DNA from: Negaprion brevirostris
Taxonomy: Eukaryota
Direction: 5' to 3'
Assembly: GCA_030324005.1 (NCBI GenBank)
Contig: JARDVH010000073.1
Coordinates: 31,919,317 to 31,983,316 of the forward strand
Length of the DNA: 64,000 nt
The position numbers were made by a program, and so were the translations under genes. A model generated the notes under the pieces. That model saw only the letters and a program-made list of their open reading frames with translations, was not told the origin of the DNA and searched no databases. This document shows positions 1 through 13,769 of this stretch, in pieces. Numbering within the stretch: the stretch's first letter is position 1; the number at the start of each line of letters is the position of its first letter.

Positions 1-1029
1 CCCCACCCCGTGCATTCATGCAATAAAAGAGGAATAGAAAAAGATTTACCGGGCAAAGCTCACAAAGAAACATTGTTTCACATGAGTCCAGATTCGCAAA
101 TCAAAGTCCAATGGTGTATCCTTTCACTCTGGTCAGCAGGTTGAAAACTGATGCTGGATAATTCACTTTTCCAGTAGAGATGACTTCAACAGTGAGATAG
201 GCAGGCATGCAGAGATGAATCAATCTTGTAGGCAATAGTACTCAAGGTTGACTATTTCCAGTAGAAACAGAGCAAATGGCATCAGGATTTCAAACCTGGA
301 TAGAGTCCCCTTTCCATGTGCCTGTTTCTTAGATGGAAAGATGGCATACTGAGCTTTGCAGTATGGCAAGGCAGTTTAACTGGTTCTCCCAGTTAGAGGT
401 TCATGTCACATCTCTCCCATCTCTCTTTACCACCTGTGACAAAAGACATATATTTTTCATCTGGGTCCCAAGGTGGTTAAATGTTCCAGCCATTAGGAAT
501 TGAAGGAAGGTTGCAAGTTTCTTTGTTCTCGCAGATTAATAGGCTCCATTTGGAGAGCCTGGGTTGTGAAACATAAATGACTTTTGTATAATTCCATTTG
601 AATTTGATCTTTCAAGCCCATGGGGATAATAAGAGTTTCTTCAGAGATAACGAGGAACAAATTTCCCTCATACTGCCAGATTTTGCCTGTTGCTCGAAGG
701 TCATAGATAGATACAGCTTCAGCCATTTTAAAAGATCATTGTCTAATGTTAAAATTTTATAAGTCAGCTATAATATAAATATATGTAATAAAAATATATT
801 GTGAGGTTTTAACCCCAATTTATCATAGTAAATGTTTTATATAGAGACAGTGTTGCATCACAAGATCAGATGTTTGACTAGCTAATTTAAGTAAGTCTAC
901 ACAAGTTTTAAAAGGATTACATCTATTTGTATGGATGATTAGAAACACCAAGTAAGGGCTAGCTAGGCTTTCTGNNNNNNNNNNNNNNNNNNNNNNNNNN
1001 NNNNNNNNNNNNATAATCTGGTTCACACC

Positions 1030-2680
1030 ACTGGAGACATGACTGAACGCTACTTAGAATAACATTATCTACAGCACGGAAACAAACAAGTCAGCTAAAT
1101 TAAGCCAATCACTTAACAGTGGGAAAAGGTTTAGAGATGATAACCTGGAAGAAAATCAAAGCACGTGGACAACTATGGTTTAATTAGGGAACCCCAGCAT
1201 CAATTTGTTGAAGGAAGGCTGTGTTTATAAACTAACACAAAAGCAAAATACTGCAGACGCTGGAAATCTGCAATAAAAACATAAAATGCTATAAATGGTC
1301 AGCAGATCAAAACAGGACTCTTTCCCTCCATAAATCTTACCTGACCTGCTGAGCATTTACAGTGGTTGTTTTTGTTTTAATTTCATGTTTGATGAATCTG
1401 AGGTGACAAAGATGGGTTGATGAGGGTGAAGCAGGTTATGTGGTGTATAAAGACTTCCAAAGTATGTTTGATAAAGTGCTATATGATAGACTTGCCAGCA
1501 AAGCTGAAGCCCATAGTATATGTGGAAAAGTGGATACCATTTTCCATTTAAGGCTGAACCAGACTTGAAAGTTTATCATAACTTCCTTGCTTTTGTACTC
1601 TATTTATAAAGCCTCGTATCCTGTATATTTTAACAGGAGCAGTTGGATAAACTTGGATTGTTTTCAGTGGAAAGACAGAGGATGAGGGGCGACCTGATAG
1701 AATTCAACAAAATTGTGGATAGTGGATAGTCAGAGGCATTTTTCCCAGGGTGGAAGGGTCGACCACAAGGAGACACAGGTTTAACGTGAGAGGTGGTAAG
1801 TTTAGGGGAGACATGCAGGGAAAGTTTTTCTGACAGAGAGTGGTGGGAGCAGAGACGTTAGCAACATTCAAGGTGTATCTTGATTCACACATGAATGGGA
1901 CAGAGAGGGATAGAATCTGTGTATTGGTGCAGACTCGGTGGGCTAAAGGGCCTGTTCCTATGCTGTATTGTTTTTTGTACTTTCTCAATCCCTCCCTTTA
2001 CACATTCCAACAGTTTCTGCAGGTATACTCCAGTTCTTCCTCTTTCTACAACCCTTTTAGAATTATGATTGTTTTATATTACATATCTTCAATCTTTCTA
2101 CCAAGATGCACCACTTCACACACTGCATATTTAATGTCACATTTTCACCCAATACGCCAGCCTGTATATTTATTACTTCATATATAAATATCAAAAAAAC
2201 CTTAATGATAACCCTTAGAGGACCACTGCATGTTTTCCTCTAACTGTAAAACAAATGTTTACCACTATTTTTCCCTCCACATGGCCAATTTCTTTTTGTC
2301 TTTGGCAGGGAATGACTAGTGGGATACTGGAGGGATCTGTGCTAGGACCCCAACTGTTCACATTATATATTAATGATTTGGAAGAGGGAACTAAATGTAT
2401 TATCTACAAATTTGCAGATGATACAAAGTTGGGTGGGAGGGGGAGCTGCTTGGAGGTTGCANNNNNNNNNNNNNNNNNNNNNNNNNNNNNNNNNNNNNNN
2501 NNNNNNNNNNNNNNNNNNNNNNNNNNNNNNNNNNNNNNNNNNNNNNNNNNNNNNNNNNNNNCATGGGACTTAATAGAATTGAGGGTTATAGGTAAGCCTA
2601 GTAGGTAGGGATATCATCGGTGCAACTTGTGGGCCGAAAGGCCTGTTTGTACTGTAGTTTTTCTATGTACTACGTTCTAT
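1030..2680. mobile_element. Cluster of decayed CR1-type LINE fragments in mixed orientation
   Basis: RT motifs GSVLGPQLFTLYINDLEEG/KFADDTKLGG (2309-2460, +). CR1 3' tails 'gggctaaagggcctgttcctatgctgta' (~1940-1967) and 'gggccgaaaggcctgttt...ttctatg' (~2631-2680). Boundaries approximate. Confidence 0.75.
1232..1385. repeat. Palindromic Penelope-derived short repeat (shark type)
   Basis: 'aaagcaaaatactgcagacgctggaaatctg...acctgctgagcatttacag...ttttgttttaatttc'; same family as 15955-16055 and 59506-59700. Confidence 0.5.
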
Positions 2681-4029
2681 ATAGCCAGGCAGCGAGGTTT
2701 TGTTTAGTGGGAAAGGTATCACCCCTCAACCAAATGTTCATCACAATTTCATGCAGTTATCTAAGGGTCATCATGTAGATAAAAAGCTATAGATGAGTCA
2801 GGAATGAATAATTCCAGTTGTGTGGAGAGCAGAGAAAGTTAGGAGAAGATTTTGGAGAGATATTCCAAGGTTATGAGGTCATCAAAATGAATTATTGCAG
2901 ATAATGTTGCAGATCTGTACAAAGGGTTGTTGCAGATCTGTAGATCCTGTTCACCAAGTCACTTCAAGAAACAGAATAGGAGCTGATAGTGATTCACTTG
3001 GTTAAATCAGATCAAGCAGATGCAAACCTATAAACTGAAAAGACCATAAATCAGCTGCAAAAAAACTGACAATCAAAACAAGTACCACTGATAAATACCC
3101 GAGTAAAGGCAACGGCATCAAGACAATTGAAGAAGTTACATTATTTTATAAATTACATTGCATTTTAGAATTTATTAAAGACGGATGAAGGTGATTCTTT
3201 CACCCATTAATTTATTTGGCTGTAAACAATATATCCCACAAACTAAAGGACAGGATTCAATGAAACCTGATAGGACATGGCCCAAGGAAGAACTGATTAC
3301 TTTTTGGCCAAGATGCAGATCTGGATCCTGGAATTTTTATTTGACTGGAAAATAGGGTCAATTGATTTATTTTAAAAAGTTGTTGTTTTTTGATTTAGAA
3401 GGCTGTTGATAGCTTTAGAATGTTGTGGGTTGCCTCAGCTCCCATGGTGGAATTTATCACAGCTGTCAAAATGTGAGCAGAGTTTTCAGAGCAGGTTACT
3501 GGCCTTGAACCACCAGTAAAATAGAAACTCTTGATAATTTTTGTTTCAGTTTTGTAGTTAAAGCATCAGTCAAGCAGAGAAAAGCCTCAAGGAAAACATG
3601 TATTTGTAATAATATTTGAGTTAACACAGCATAGTGGAAATATGCTTAGAGTGCCCTCTTCACTTTTTAATGATGCAAGAGCACTTCATTCAATTTATAA
3701 AACTAAAGACGAATGGCTTCAAAGACATGAAGATATTTTATAACCCAAGCTGCAGCTATACAAAATAACCAATAGAATATTGGGTACGAGGTTGAATTGA
3801 AGTACACAATAATGCAGTTCCCAGTGATACATTTAAATTGTTTTTAAAAAAGATGTAAACTCTGGTGGTGTAATATTTATTTTCTGTGTGGCAAAGAGCA
3901 TAGCCCTGGAAAATTTTGATTTCTAAAACTTTTCAACACAATATTCAGCATTTTTGTGTGCTATAATTCAGCATAACAGCAACAGCCCAAACCATAACTG
4001 ATTAACTTTGTGCATTCAGGTGATACTCA

Positions 4030-4500
4030 GTGTATGGAACAACTTGTACTTACAGAGAACCACCAAAAGAAAATTCCAAGATGCATCACAGGAGCATTAT
4101 AAAACAAATTTTGAGACCAAGACACTAGACATGAGAGCATATGACCAGAAAGATCTGATCAAAAGCTAGGGTTTAAGGAGCCTCTTAAAGGAGAAAACAG
4201 TACTTAGGACCTTGGCAGTTGAAGGTACAGCCGGCAATGATGCAGCAATTAAAATCAGGAACGCTTAAGAAATCTCTTAAAGTTGTAGGACTGGATGAGG
4301 AAACAGAGGTTACATAAGGAGAGGATTTGAAATCAAGGATGAAAATGTTTAAAATCAAGGTACGCTTAAACCTATATTAGCAAACTTAGTGGTGATAGGT
4401 GAAGGAGACTTGGTGCAAGTGAAAACACAGGCAGCAGAGTTTTCAACAAACATATATTTATAGAATGCAGGAGATGGGAATCCATCCTGGAGTTCCAGAA
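4030..4500 (-). mobile_element. Probable L2-type LINE 3' fragment
   Basis: Resembles the common shark LINE 3' region ('aacaacttgtactta...caggagcattataaaacaaattttgagacc'); related degenerate copy at ~44270-45075. Family assignment tentative. Confidence 0.4.
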
Positions 4501-4924
4501 ATTGAAGAATGATCTGCAGGCCACTGTTCGTAGCAACCCAGGAAGCAAATACAGAGGCATCAAAAAATATTCACTTAACACTTCTATTTGTAACCAAAAT
4601 ATTAGAACTGGGGGCTGTCTGTCTGATGGTCAAGGAGTATCCAGTCAGGTAATGAAGTATTTGTTCACTTTCCAATGGCGGAAGGCATAGGGCCTCACAA
4701 ATAGACATGTTGGGCAACCAATGGGGCAAGTGGGGGATGGCAGAGCTATTAAAGGGAGAAGCACACATGAAGAAGCTTTCAGGAACATATCCGGCCAGAA
4801 TAGGCAATTCTAATGTATGGAGGTGCCATTGTCGATGATATAAATAATAATGATTTGTGGCTTATAGACAACAAAATAGAGGATGAAAGAAAATATATTC
4901 AAGTAAGCAAATTTTATTCCCAGA

Positions 4925-6205
4925 GTATCACTGCATTCACCGACCTGATCAAAGTATTTGACTCAGTAAATCACGAGGCTCTGTGGACTGAACTCCAAAG
5001 ACTTGGATATCTAAGCAACTTCATCACAATCCTGCAATTAGATCAAGATGATATAACTGCAACTGTCTGGAGTGGGAAATCTGAAAAAGACACCTTCAAA
5101 ATCCAGACCAGGGTAAAGAAAGGTTGTGTAATTGCCCCTATACCTTTAATGATCTAACTATTCACTCCACCAAAGATCAACTGCCCTCTAGTCTCTGTAT
5201 TAAATACCACATAGATGGAAAACTTTTTAATCTCAGCTTACCCCATGCCAAAATTAAACTGATCACAATAGATATACATGACCTACAGTTTTAGGATGAA
5301 TGCAGTACAGTTTCCATTGTACACCAGATTTGCAAACTAGTCCTCATTTCTCCAACTCTGTATATAAGAAACTTAGCCAGTCCTTCAACGTTGCCAAAAG
5401 AAAACCCATACATCAGCCCACTCAGGGTCCACCAAATATTCTAATGCCTATCTATGTTGAAGGAAGAATATGTTGAACATTTCCTGCATCTTGGAGCCAC
5501 CTCTCTGAAAAGGCTGCCAGTGACAAGGAGGTCAAACAATGGTCAGTTGCACCAGTTCAACCTTTTACAAACTAAGGTAACTGACAATAAAGATCTTGGC
5601 AAATTAACAAAAGTCTGAGTGTGTACAGCAGTTACTGCATTAAGACCTGAACTCTGCAGAGACAAACGAGCGCTAGCAAAATACCATCAGGAATGCCACA
5701 GCTGCATTCTCTGGACTCAGAGTGAACAACCACTAGTGTCCCTTTTGAAATCAGTGCTACTTGCATTTAGCCAAAACACCTACAAAATCAAATTCAATGG
5801 ACTGTACAGAGTTCAGGTGATCAAAAACTGTCTCAGAAGGCCTGTTCTCTCAGCTTTCAAATGGTTAATGCTCTAGGAAAGAAAATGTTTCAAAGACACT
5901 CTGACACTCTCCTTGAAGTGCAGCAGCGTTGATCTTAAGACTGGAAGGAGCTTGCTACCAATCATTTGACAACTCATCTATCAAAATGCATCATGCTTTG
6001 AGTCTCAATGTTTTAATGGTGAAGCTGAGCAGCAGCAAAGAAAAGGAAGCAAATCCTGCTTTCCAATTCCCATCATCTCACAGGCCACCATGCCCCCATG
6101 TGCGAGTCGAGAATTGGCCTGTTTAGTCACAAGAAGACCCACAACACAAACACATGACAATTAGAAGATATCCTCGTCAAATCAAGGAATAGCCAGTAAC
6201 AACCA
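4925..6205 (+). mobile_element. RTE-clade LINE, decayed RT plus C-terminus
   Basis: ORF 4813-5157 AFTDLIKVFDSVNHEALW...VKKGCVIAP matches the RTE RT pattern AFxDLxKAFDxV...VKQGCVxAP. C-terminal CESRIGLFSHKKTH near 6100-6142. Many stops and frameshifts. Confidence 0.8.
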
Positions 6206-6339
6206 GAAAGCAAAAATAATCTCATTGCACCTTAGCCATGCCAGCCATGGCTCAATTTGATCTATTTATAGAAGTACAAGTGAATCCCCTGTTAATATCT
6301 ATCACCTGAATACAATTTAAAATAATTAACATACCATCT

Positions 6340-6470
6340 AACCCTCGGCTGCGTTTTAGAGATCCCATGACATTATTTTGAAAAAGATCAGGAAAGTTAC
6401 CCCTGGTGTCTTGGACAATATTTAACCAATTACCACAAAACAATTATCTGGTCATATCATAATTTTGTCT
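6340..6470 (+). mobile_element. SacSINE1/DeuSINE fragment
   Basis: 'gatcccatgacattattttgaaaaagatcaggaaagttacccctggtgtcttggacaatattt' is similar to the reverse complement of the middle of the 22020-22510 element. Confidence 0.5.
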
Positions 6471-9400
6471 GTCACCATACCAGTTCTGAAGAAAATGCAC
6501 AGGAGAGAAATAAGATACAAGCCTCAAAAAGACTTCTGACTCTTAGAGATATACAAGATTCTTGAAGAAAAGGTAAACTGAAGCAATGCTTTGGACAAAC
6601 TGGTAAACCAGTGTGCGCCCATTTATTAGAAAGCTCCATATTTTACTTGGAATGTTAGCACTATCACTTCTGTAAACAATACCACACATTTCAACTCCAT
6701 TATTCATCACTATCTCCTCTTAAATAATGTAAAATCCATAGTTGACTCCATTACAGTTAAATGAAAAGCTTCATGATGTTAGAGTTGTTCTAACATTGAA
6801 GGACATTTCAATGCCCTTGAAATGTGTTGGCAACAACTTCAACATATAGGAAACACATCTTTCTGTGAAAGTAGTTCACATGAATTTGTAATAAGTGCAC
6901 CAAGAATAGAACATCCCTTTCAAACCCTGCATTGGATGTATTTAAAACTCAAGTTGTCTTGATCTTCAAAAATTTGAGTTGGCTCTTTCTGGCAGCTAAA
7001 TAGTTAGTTTGTGCCATTTTGCAAACCCAACTGCAGTTGTACAGATTTGACCTAGTGAATGTATGGTGTGTATCCACAGCTGCAAAGAATCTGTCAATTA
7101 GGACCACTCTGGTAGTTTAGGTTATGTTCTTAATTAAAGGTTGGATGTGTGCCTGGACACATCAGTATAAACGTGTTCCAACTTCAGAATAGATTTTGTT
7201 TCTATTAATGGAGATTTGGGGGATGGGAAATAATAAATGCACTTTGCTTTCAGTAATTATAGTAAGAGAAGGTAAAGAACCAAAATAGTAAGCAATATTG
7301 CTCTGACTATAGAAATGCTTGTCCAACACATGATGAGAAAATAATTTGTCCCAGGATTGGTACATGGTGCTTTAGATATGACAGCAAAACTGGGAAAGTA
7401 TTTGTCATGTTCAGAAGTAAATTGTGTTTAATGAAGTGTAAAAACAGAATTAACAATGGAGCACTTACACTGAGAGTAGTTGATCTTTTTCAGGATTTAT
7501 TTATTTATTTATACACAATTACTCAGTGTTGATCTGTATCTGTTGTGGAAGGAAACAGATGGTTCAGAGAAAACGTTTTCAGCACAAATGATTTATTGTG
7601 GCATAGCTAATAAAATTATAAATGCATCTCCTTAAATGATATGTGTCTATTTTAACTAGTTGGCAGGCATATTTTGTTTCACAAATCCATTTTTTGCATG
7701 CCTCCCCCTCTTTATATTAGTATCCACAAAGCCGTTCTGTCACCTGAAACACTTCACGTTACCTGCTAAATGAAATGCATGTAAATGCTGATTGGGAGAT
7801 GTCTGACATGTAATTAATTACCTTATCTCAAGGACATTGCTTACTATTTGACAATACTCACGTAGCTGTAAATCACAACCAGTCAGAATGGCAAATCATG
7901 TTGCCCAGATATATCAAAGTACCATTTTGGAGAACATTCAGGTAAATGTATAACGATTATCTTTGAATGTTGACTGATTTAAACTTGTGTTGTCAGCGAG
8001 GTATGAAGTGTTTCATTTAGATGTGACCTCAGGAGGGGGTGAAATTTTTCTTGACAGCAGTATATTAGTGGGAGTAGGCCAACCGACAGATAATCAAAAG
8101 TTCAGACTGTTGTGGGAGGCCATTACAATGGCTGCATTTAGGAATGGTGTATCCCTTGTTCCTCAGATGAGAGTTTTCCTACTGAGTCAAGCTGCTGTGA
8201 AGCAACAGTAATAGTGGAAAAAATGGTTACAGAAATCAGAAAAGAACATTCAACGAGTGTCCTTGGGAAAGTATTCCTCAATCAAAATCGGATGTGACCG
8301 CTCTACTTTTGCTAGTACCTTGGTCTAATCATCACCTTTCTCACATACTGTGACTTAGCACATGTCCTTGTCAATCAGACAGATGTATGTCTGTTTCCAT
8401 GGTTATATTGTTTAGCACATCACTGTCATTTTGACATTGCCTTTAATATCATATTATAATAGGTTCTGGCACATATTAGATGCACAAACAGTTGTTTCAG
8501 CATCTTAAATGTAAGCCTGATGTGGTTATAGTTCCTGTTCTACTTCGAGAAGAGAGACTTGAGGAGAGCTTTGATAGACATGTCCAAAGTCTTGAAGGGT
8601 TTCGATGGAATAAGTTGAGAAATTGTTAAAACAAAATACCTGGAATGCTAAGTGGGAAGAGAGAGTTTACCCTTAAAATAATAGCTGTCTTAAACCTTGG
8701 TCATCAGCACTTATACAAACCAGCAGATTCCAACATTCAGTGAATAGATTGAGTAGAAGGATGAAATTAATTCCAATACTTTCTAACAGTCTAAATTTTT
8801 ATAATGCCACAATTTTACAGCATTTTTGTGGCTTCAGTTGGGTGCCTATAGCTGTGAATTTTGTCTTGTTCATTTATTTGTAATTCGGGGAGATGCAGTA
8901 ACATCAAAATTGTTTACATTTTATTCATATTATTTATATATTTTACTGCTGTGTATTTTAAAGGAAATTGTCAATTTTAACTTTTGTATTTTCTCTTCAC
9001 CCTCAAGCAATTGAATGTTTTAATTGCAGAGAGAGGTTTTTGACATTCATTATTTTAGCTCAGCTGTAATCATTATGTTCTGATTCGTGAGCATTTTCTA
9101 TCTAAAGAAATAAATGCCTAACCCTTAAAAATATCCATCACCTGTGTTTCTTACAGCCATCTAATAATTGCAGTAGTTCCATGTTAAGTGGTTCATCAGT
9201 TGTTTGCGTTATCTGCTTGTTCAACAATCATCTCTTTTTCTTTCCTTTCATGGACTAGTTTACCACTCTAATGTGATGCTCCAATGAGCAACATACACTT
9301 TGTTCTCTTTATTTCTCTGTACAATGCAAAATTGTTGATGTATTTAACAATAAAGAATAGTTGAGACTTCCTCTTAGAGCTTTTATCCCATTTATTCATC

Positions 9401-9784
9401 ACTTTTACAGTTTAGCTTTTGTGTGAGCACACACTTTGTGCTTTTGGAGTTTTTTGCTCAGCACGTTCTTTGGAATTGATTGAATAGTCTGTACTTTAGC
9501 AGGGTTTTAAGCAAAGCTTTTTTTCCATTTGCTTATCATCTCTCTTGCTATCTTACAGGGACATTCCTGTGGACTTCAAGTACATTGCTGAGCCAAGTAT
9601 GCATTCCATGCCTGCAGTGACATTATCACCAAACGGTGAGTTTGTCTAATCATTCTGGCCATTACATCCCATTTCATTGGATGCTATGGTATATTTTTAA
9701 CAATATAGCTGATCACATTTATTTTGATGAAATGTCTTGAGGCATTTTGTAAGAGTGCAGTCAAACAAAATTTAACATTAATTG

Positions 9785-12720
9785 ATAGAATCATACAGCG
9801 TAGAAGAGGTCCTTTGGCTTATCAAGTCCACACTGACACATTAGAAACACCTGAATTCCCACCTAATCCCATCTGCCAGTAGTTGGCTCAAAGCCGTGAA
9901 TGTTATGATGTGCCAAAGGCTCATCCAGATACTTTTTAAAGGATATGAAGCAACCTGCCGCTGCAACCCCTCCCAGGCAGCGCATTCCAGACTGTAATCA
10001 CCCTCTGAATAAAAAGGTTTTTCCGTATATTCCCTCCTAAACCTCCTGCCCCTCACCTTGAACCTATGTCCCCTCGTGACTAACCCTTCAGTTAAGGGGA
10101 ACAGCTGTCCCTTATCCACTTAGTTTGTGTCTCTCATAATTTTGTACACCTCGATCAGTCGCCCTTCAGTCTTCTCTGCTCCAATGAAAACAACCTAAGC
10201 CTACGCAACCTCTCTTCATAACTTAAATGTTCCATCCCAGGCAGCATCATGGTGAATCTCCTCTGCACCCTCTCCAGTACAGTCACGTCCTTCCGATAAT
10301 GTGGCGACCAGAAATGCACACAGTACTCTAGATGAGGCCTCACCAAAGTTCTATACAACTCCAACATGACTTCCTGCTTTTGTAAACTATTCCTCAGTTG
10401 ATAAAGACAAGTTTCTTGTATGTCTTTTTCACCACCCTATTAACATGCCCTTCTACCAATGTCCTCTGGCCCCACCCACAGATTGTCCCCTTCCAGAGAT
10501 CTATGGACAAACATGCCAAGATTCCTTTGTTCCACAGAATTTCCTAGTGTCCAATCATTCGTTGAATGCTTTCTTGTCAAATTATTCTTTCCAAAATTTA
10601 TCACCTCACACGTTTCAGGGTTAAATTCTATCTGCCCATTTAATCTTTCCATCTACATCTCCTTGTGGGCCAAGACACTCCCCCTCAGTGTTAACTACCC
10701 GCTCAGTCTTTGTGTCATCCACAAAGATTCTGCCTCCCACATTGATGACAATGTCATTTATACAAATGACGAATAATATGGAGCCCAACACAGATCCCTG
10801 TGGTACGCAAGTGGACACCAGCTTCCAGTCACTAAAACAGCCTTCTGTCATCACCCTTTGTCTTCTACAACTGAGCCAATTTTTAATACACTTTATCAAA
10901 GGTCCCATATAGGAGACTTTACAAGTCACCTATGTGTGACCTTGTCAAAGACTTTGCTGAAATTCATGTAAACTACATTGACTGCACTGTCCTCATCTAC
11001 GCATCCCATCACCTCCTCAAAAAATTCAGTCAAATTTGTTCGACATGACCTCTGACGAAGCCAAGCTGACTGTCCCTGATCAAGTTTTGCCCCTTCAAGT
11101 GGAAATAAATGCTCTCCTTCAGAAGTTTCTCAAATAATTTCCCTACCACTGATGTGAGACTCACTGGTCTGTAGTTTCCTGGTTTATCTCTACAACCCTT
11201 CTCAAATAGTGGAACCACATTAGCTGTTCTCCTGTTGCCTGGCATCTCCCCCATGGCTAGAGAGGAATTGAAAATTTGGGTCTGAGCCCATGCAATCTCC
11301 TTCCTTGCCTCTCATAGCAGACTAGGGCATAATTCACCTGGACCTGGAGATTTACCCACTTCTAAGGCTGCCAATACATCCAATACTTGTCCTTCCCTAT
11401 GTCAGTTTGCTCAAGAAGCTCACAGTCTGTCTCCCTGAATTCGATATCATCATCCTCATTCTCTTGGATGAAGACAGATGTGAAGTATTCAACACTCTCT
11501 ACCAGTATCCTCTGGCTCCACCCACAGATTGCCCCCTTGGTGACAAATGGGCCCCACTCTTTCCCTGGTTATCCCCTTCCCATTGATGTACTTATAGAAT
11601 ATCTTGAGATTTTCCCTACTTTTACCAGCCAGAGCTTTCTCATATCCCCTCTTTGCGTTCCTAATTGTTTTCTGAAGCTTCACCTTGCATTTTCTATACC
11701 TCACTAATGCCCCCACTGATCTGCTCCCCTTGTACTTTTTAAAACCTTTTTCTTCCTTCACATTGTATCCTGAATATCTCTGGTCATCCATGGTTTTCTG
11801 GGCTTATTATTCCTACCTATCACCCTAGAGGGAACATGTTGGACTTGCATCCTCCCCATTTCCTTTTTGAATGCTGCCCGCCCGCCCCCCCCGCTCTTCT
11901 GCAGATTTTCCCATCCGTACTTATTCCCAATCTACCTTGGCAGATCCTGTCTTATTTTAGGAAAATCCACTCTCCCTCAATCCAGAACTTTTTGTTGCAG
12001 CATGTCTTATTTCCTTGTCCATAACACAGTTAAATTGTATCATGTTGCGATCACTATCACTAAAATGTTCCCCTACCACTACCTCAACCGCCTCTCCATC
12101 TTCATTCCCCAGAATGAGGTCCAGTACAGCTCCCTGCCTTGTTGAACCCTCCACATATTGATTTATAAGGTTCTCCTGTACCCATTTCAAGAAGTCTACT
12201 GTATCCAAGCCCTTAACACAATGTATATCCCAGTTAATGCAGGGAAAGTTGAAACACCTAATATAATAACCCTATTGTTATTGTTTTTACACATTGCCAC
12301 AAATTGAGCACATACTTGCTTCTCAATATCCCTCTGACTATCTGAGGGTCTTTAATAAACACGTAACAATGTGGCTGCCCTTATTTTACTTCTAAGCTCT
12401 ACCCACAAAGCTTCATTTGATGCCCCCGCCAAGGTATCTTCTCTCCTTACTGCAGTAACTGACTCCTGAACTAAAAATGCAATGTCTCCTTCCTCGTTTA
12501 CCTCCTCCCCTGTCTCACCTAAAGATTTTATATCCCGGAATGTTGAGTTGCCAATTGTGTCTTTCCTTCAACCATATTTCTGTGATGACTATTATATCAC
12601 ACTTCCACGTGTCAATTATCATCCTCAACTCATCCATTTTACCTGCATTACTCCTGACATTAAAGTATAGGCATCCAGCCAGGCCTTACTCCTTTGAAAC
12701 TTAATTTAGCTGCATTACCT
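9785..12720 (-). mobile_element. CR1 (HER1-like) LINE, ~2.9 kb ORF2 relic (endonuclease + RT + 3' tail)
   Basis: Minus-strand peptides QYVEGSTRQGAVLDLIL (EN), ANVVPLFEKG..PGNYRPVSLTSVVGK, VPQGSVLGSILFVICINDI, LYRTLVRPHLEYCVHFWSPH, TRGHRFKV; 3' tail at ~9785. Confidence 0.93.
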
Positions 12721-12840
12721 CTGACTTATTTGTTTTGCTGTATAATTTGTGCCCTTATTCTGCGAACAGTCTGAGTCCTGTCCCCAGGCAAATTAGTTCA
12801 CATTGAGGTCACGCAAGGAAGTACATTGCTTATTATAGTC

Positions 12841-13727
12841 CTAATGCATCTATGACTATGAGGCCAAATTCCCCTCCAATTTGATTTTCAAGTTGCAGAT
12901 GATGCCACTGTAGTGGGTCAGATCTCAAGCAATGATGAGGCAGAATAGAGGAAAGAGATAAAGAATCTGGTGAACTGGTGTGACAACAATAATCTTTCCC
13001 TCAATGTCAGCAAAATGAAGGAGATAGACATCGACTCGAGAAACACAGTTGCAGGAATGCCCTGTCTACATCAAAGGGGACAAGTTAGAAATGGTCAAAA
13101 GCTTCAAAGTTTTAGGTGTCCAGATTACCAACCATCTTTTCTGGTCTCTCCATGCAGACACTATAGTTAAGAAATCCCACCAATGCCTCTACTCCCTCAG
13201 GAGAATCAGAAAATTTGATATGTCCACTACAACTCTCACCAATTTCTACAGATGCACCATCGAAAGCATTCTTTCCAGTTGTATCATGGCTTGGTATGGC
13301 TTCTGCTCTATCCAACACCACCATAGACTACAAAGGGTTGTGAATGAAGTCCACTCCATCGCTTAAACCAACCTTCCACCCATTGATACCGTCTATACTT
13401 CCCGCTGTCTCAGAAAAGCAGCCAGCATAATAAAGGACTCAACACATCCCAAACATTCTCTCTTCCACCTTCTTCCATTGGGAAAAAGATACAAAAGTCT
13501 GAGGACATGTGCCAATTGACTCAAGAACAGTTTTTTCCCTGCTGCCAGACTTTTGAATGGACCTAACTTGCAACAAGTTGATCTTTCTCAACACCCTAGC
13601 TATGACTTAACACTACATTCTACACATTCTCCTTTCCTTATCTATGCACAGTACGCTTTGTCTGTATAGCATGCAAGAAACAATACTTTTTACCGTACAC
13701 TAATATACGTGACAATAATAAATCAAA
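12841..13727 (+). mobile_element. Rex1/Babar LINE, 5'-truncated
   Basis: WCDNNNLSLNVSKMKE and TLTNFYRCTIESILSSCIMAWYG are typical Rex1 RT C-terminal motifs; tail 'caataataaatcaaa'. Homologous to 38017-38955. Confidence 0.88.
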
Positions 13728-13769
13728 TGTATCAAACCACTATGAAGCCAAAAAGGAACAAAACCGGTC

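Noticed and set aside
493-726. 77-aa minus-strand ORF and other short ORFs in 1-9700
   Set aside because: No recognisable domain or splice-consistent exon chain.
2800-3130. ELIVIHLG-like peptide and a 14-nt direct repeat gttgcagatctgta
   Set aside because: Possibly a LINE ORF1 esterase relic, but too decayed to call.
7340-7420. Plus-strand peptide ALDMTAKL, reminiscent of BCL2L14, the usual downstream neighbour of LRP6
   Set aside because: Flanking residues (NHPMN, GFG, BH2) are absent, a stop follows shortly and there is no exon structure; probably chance.
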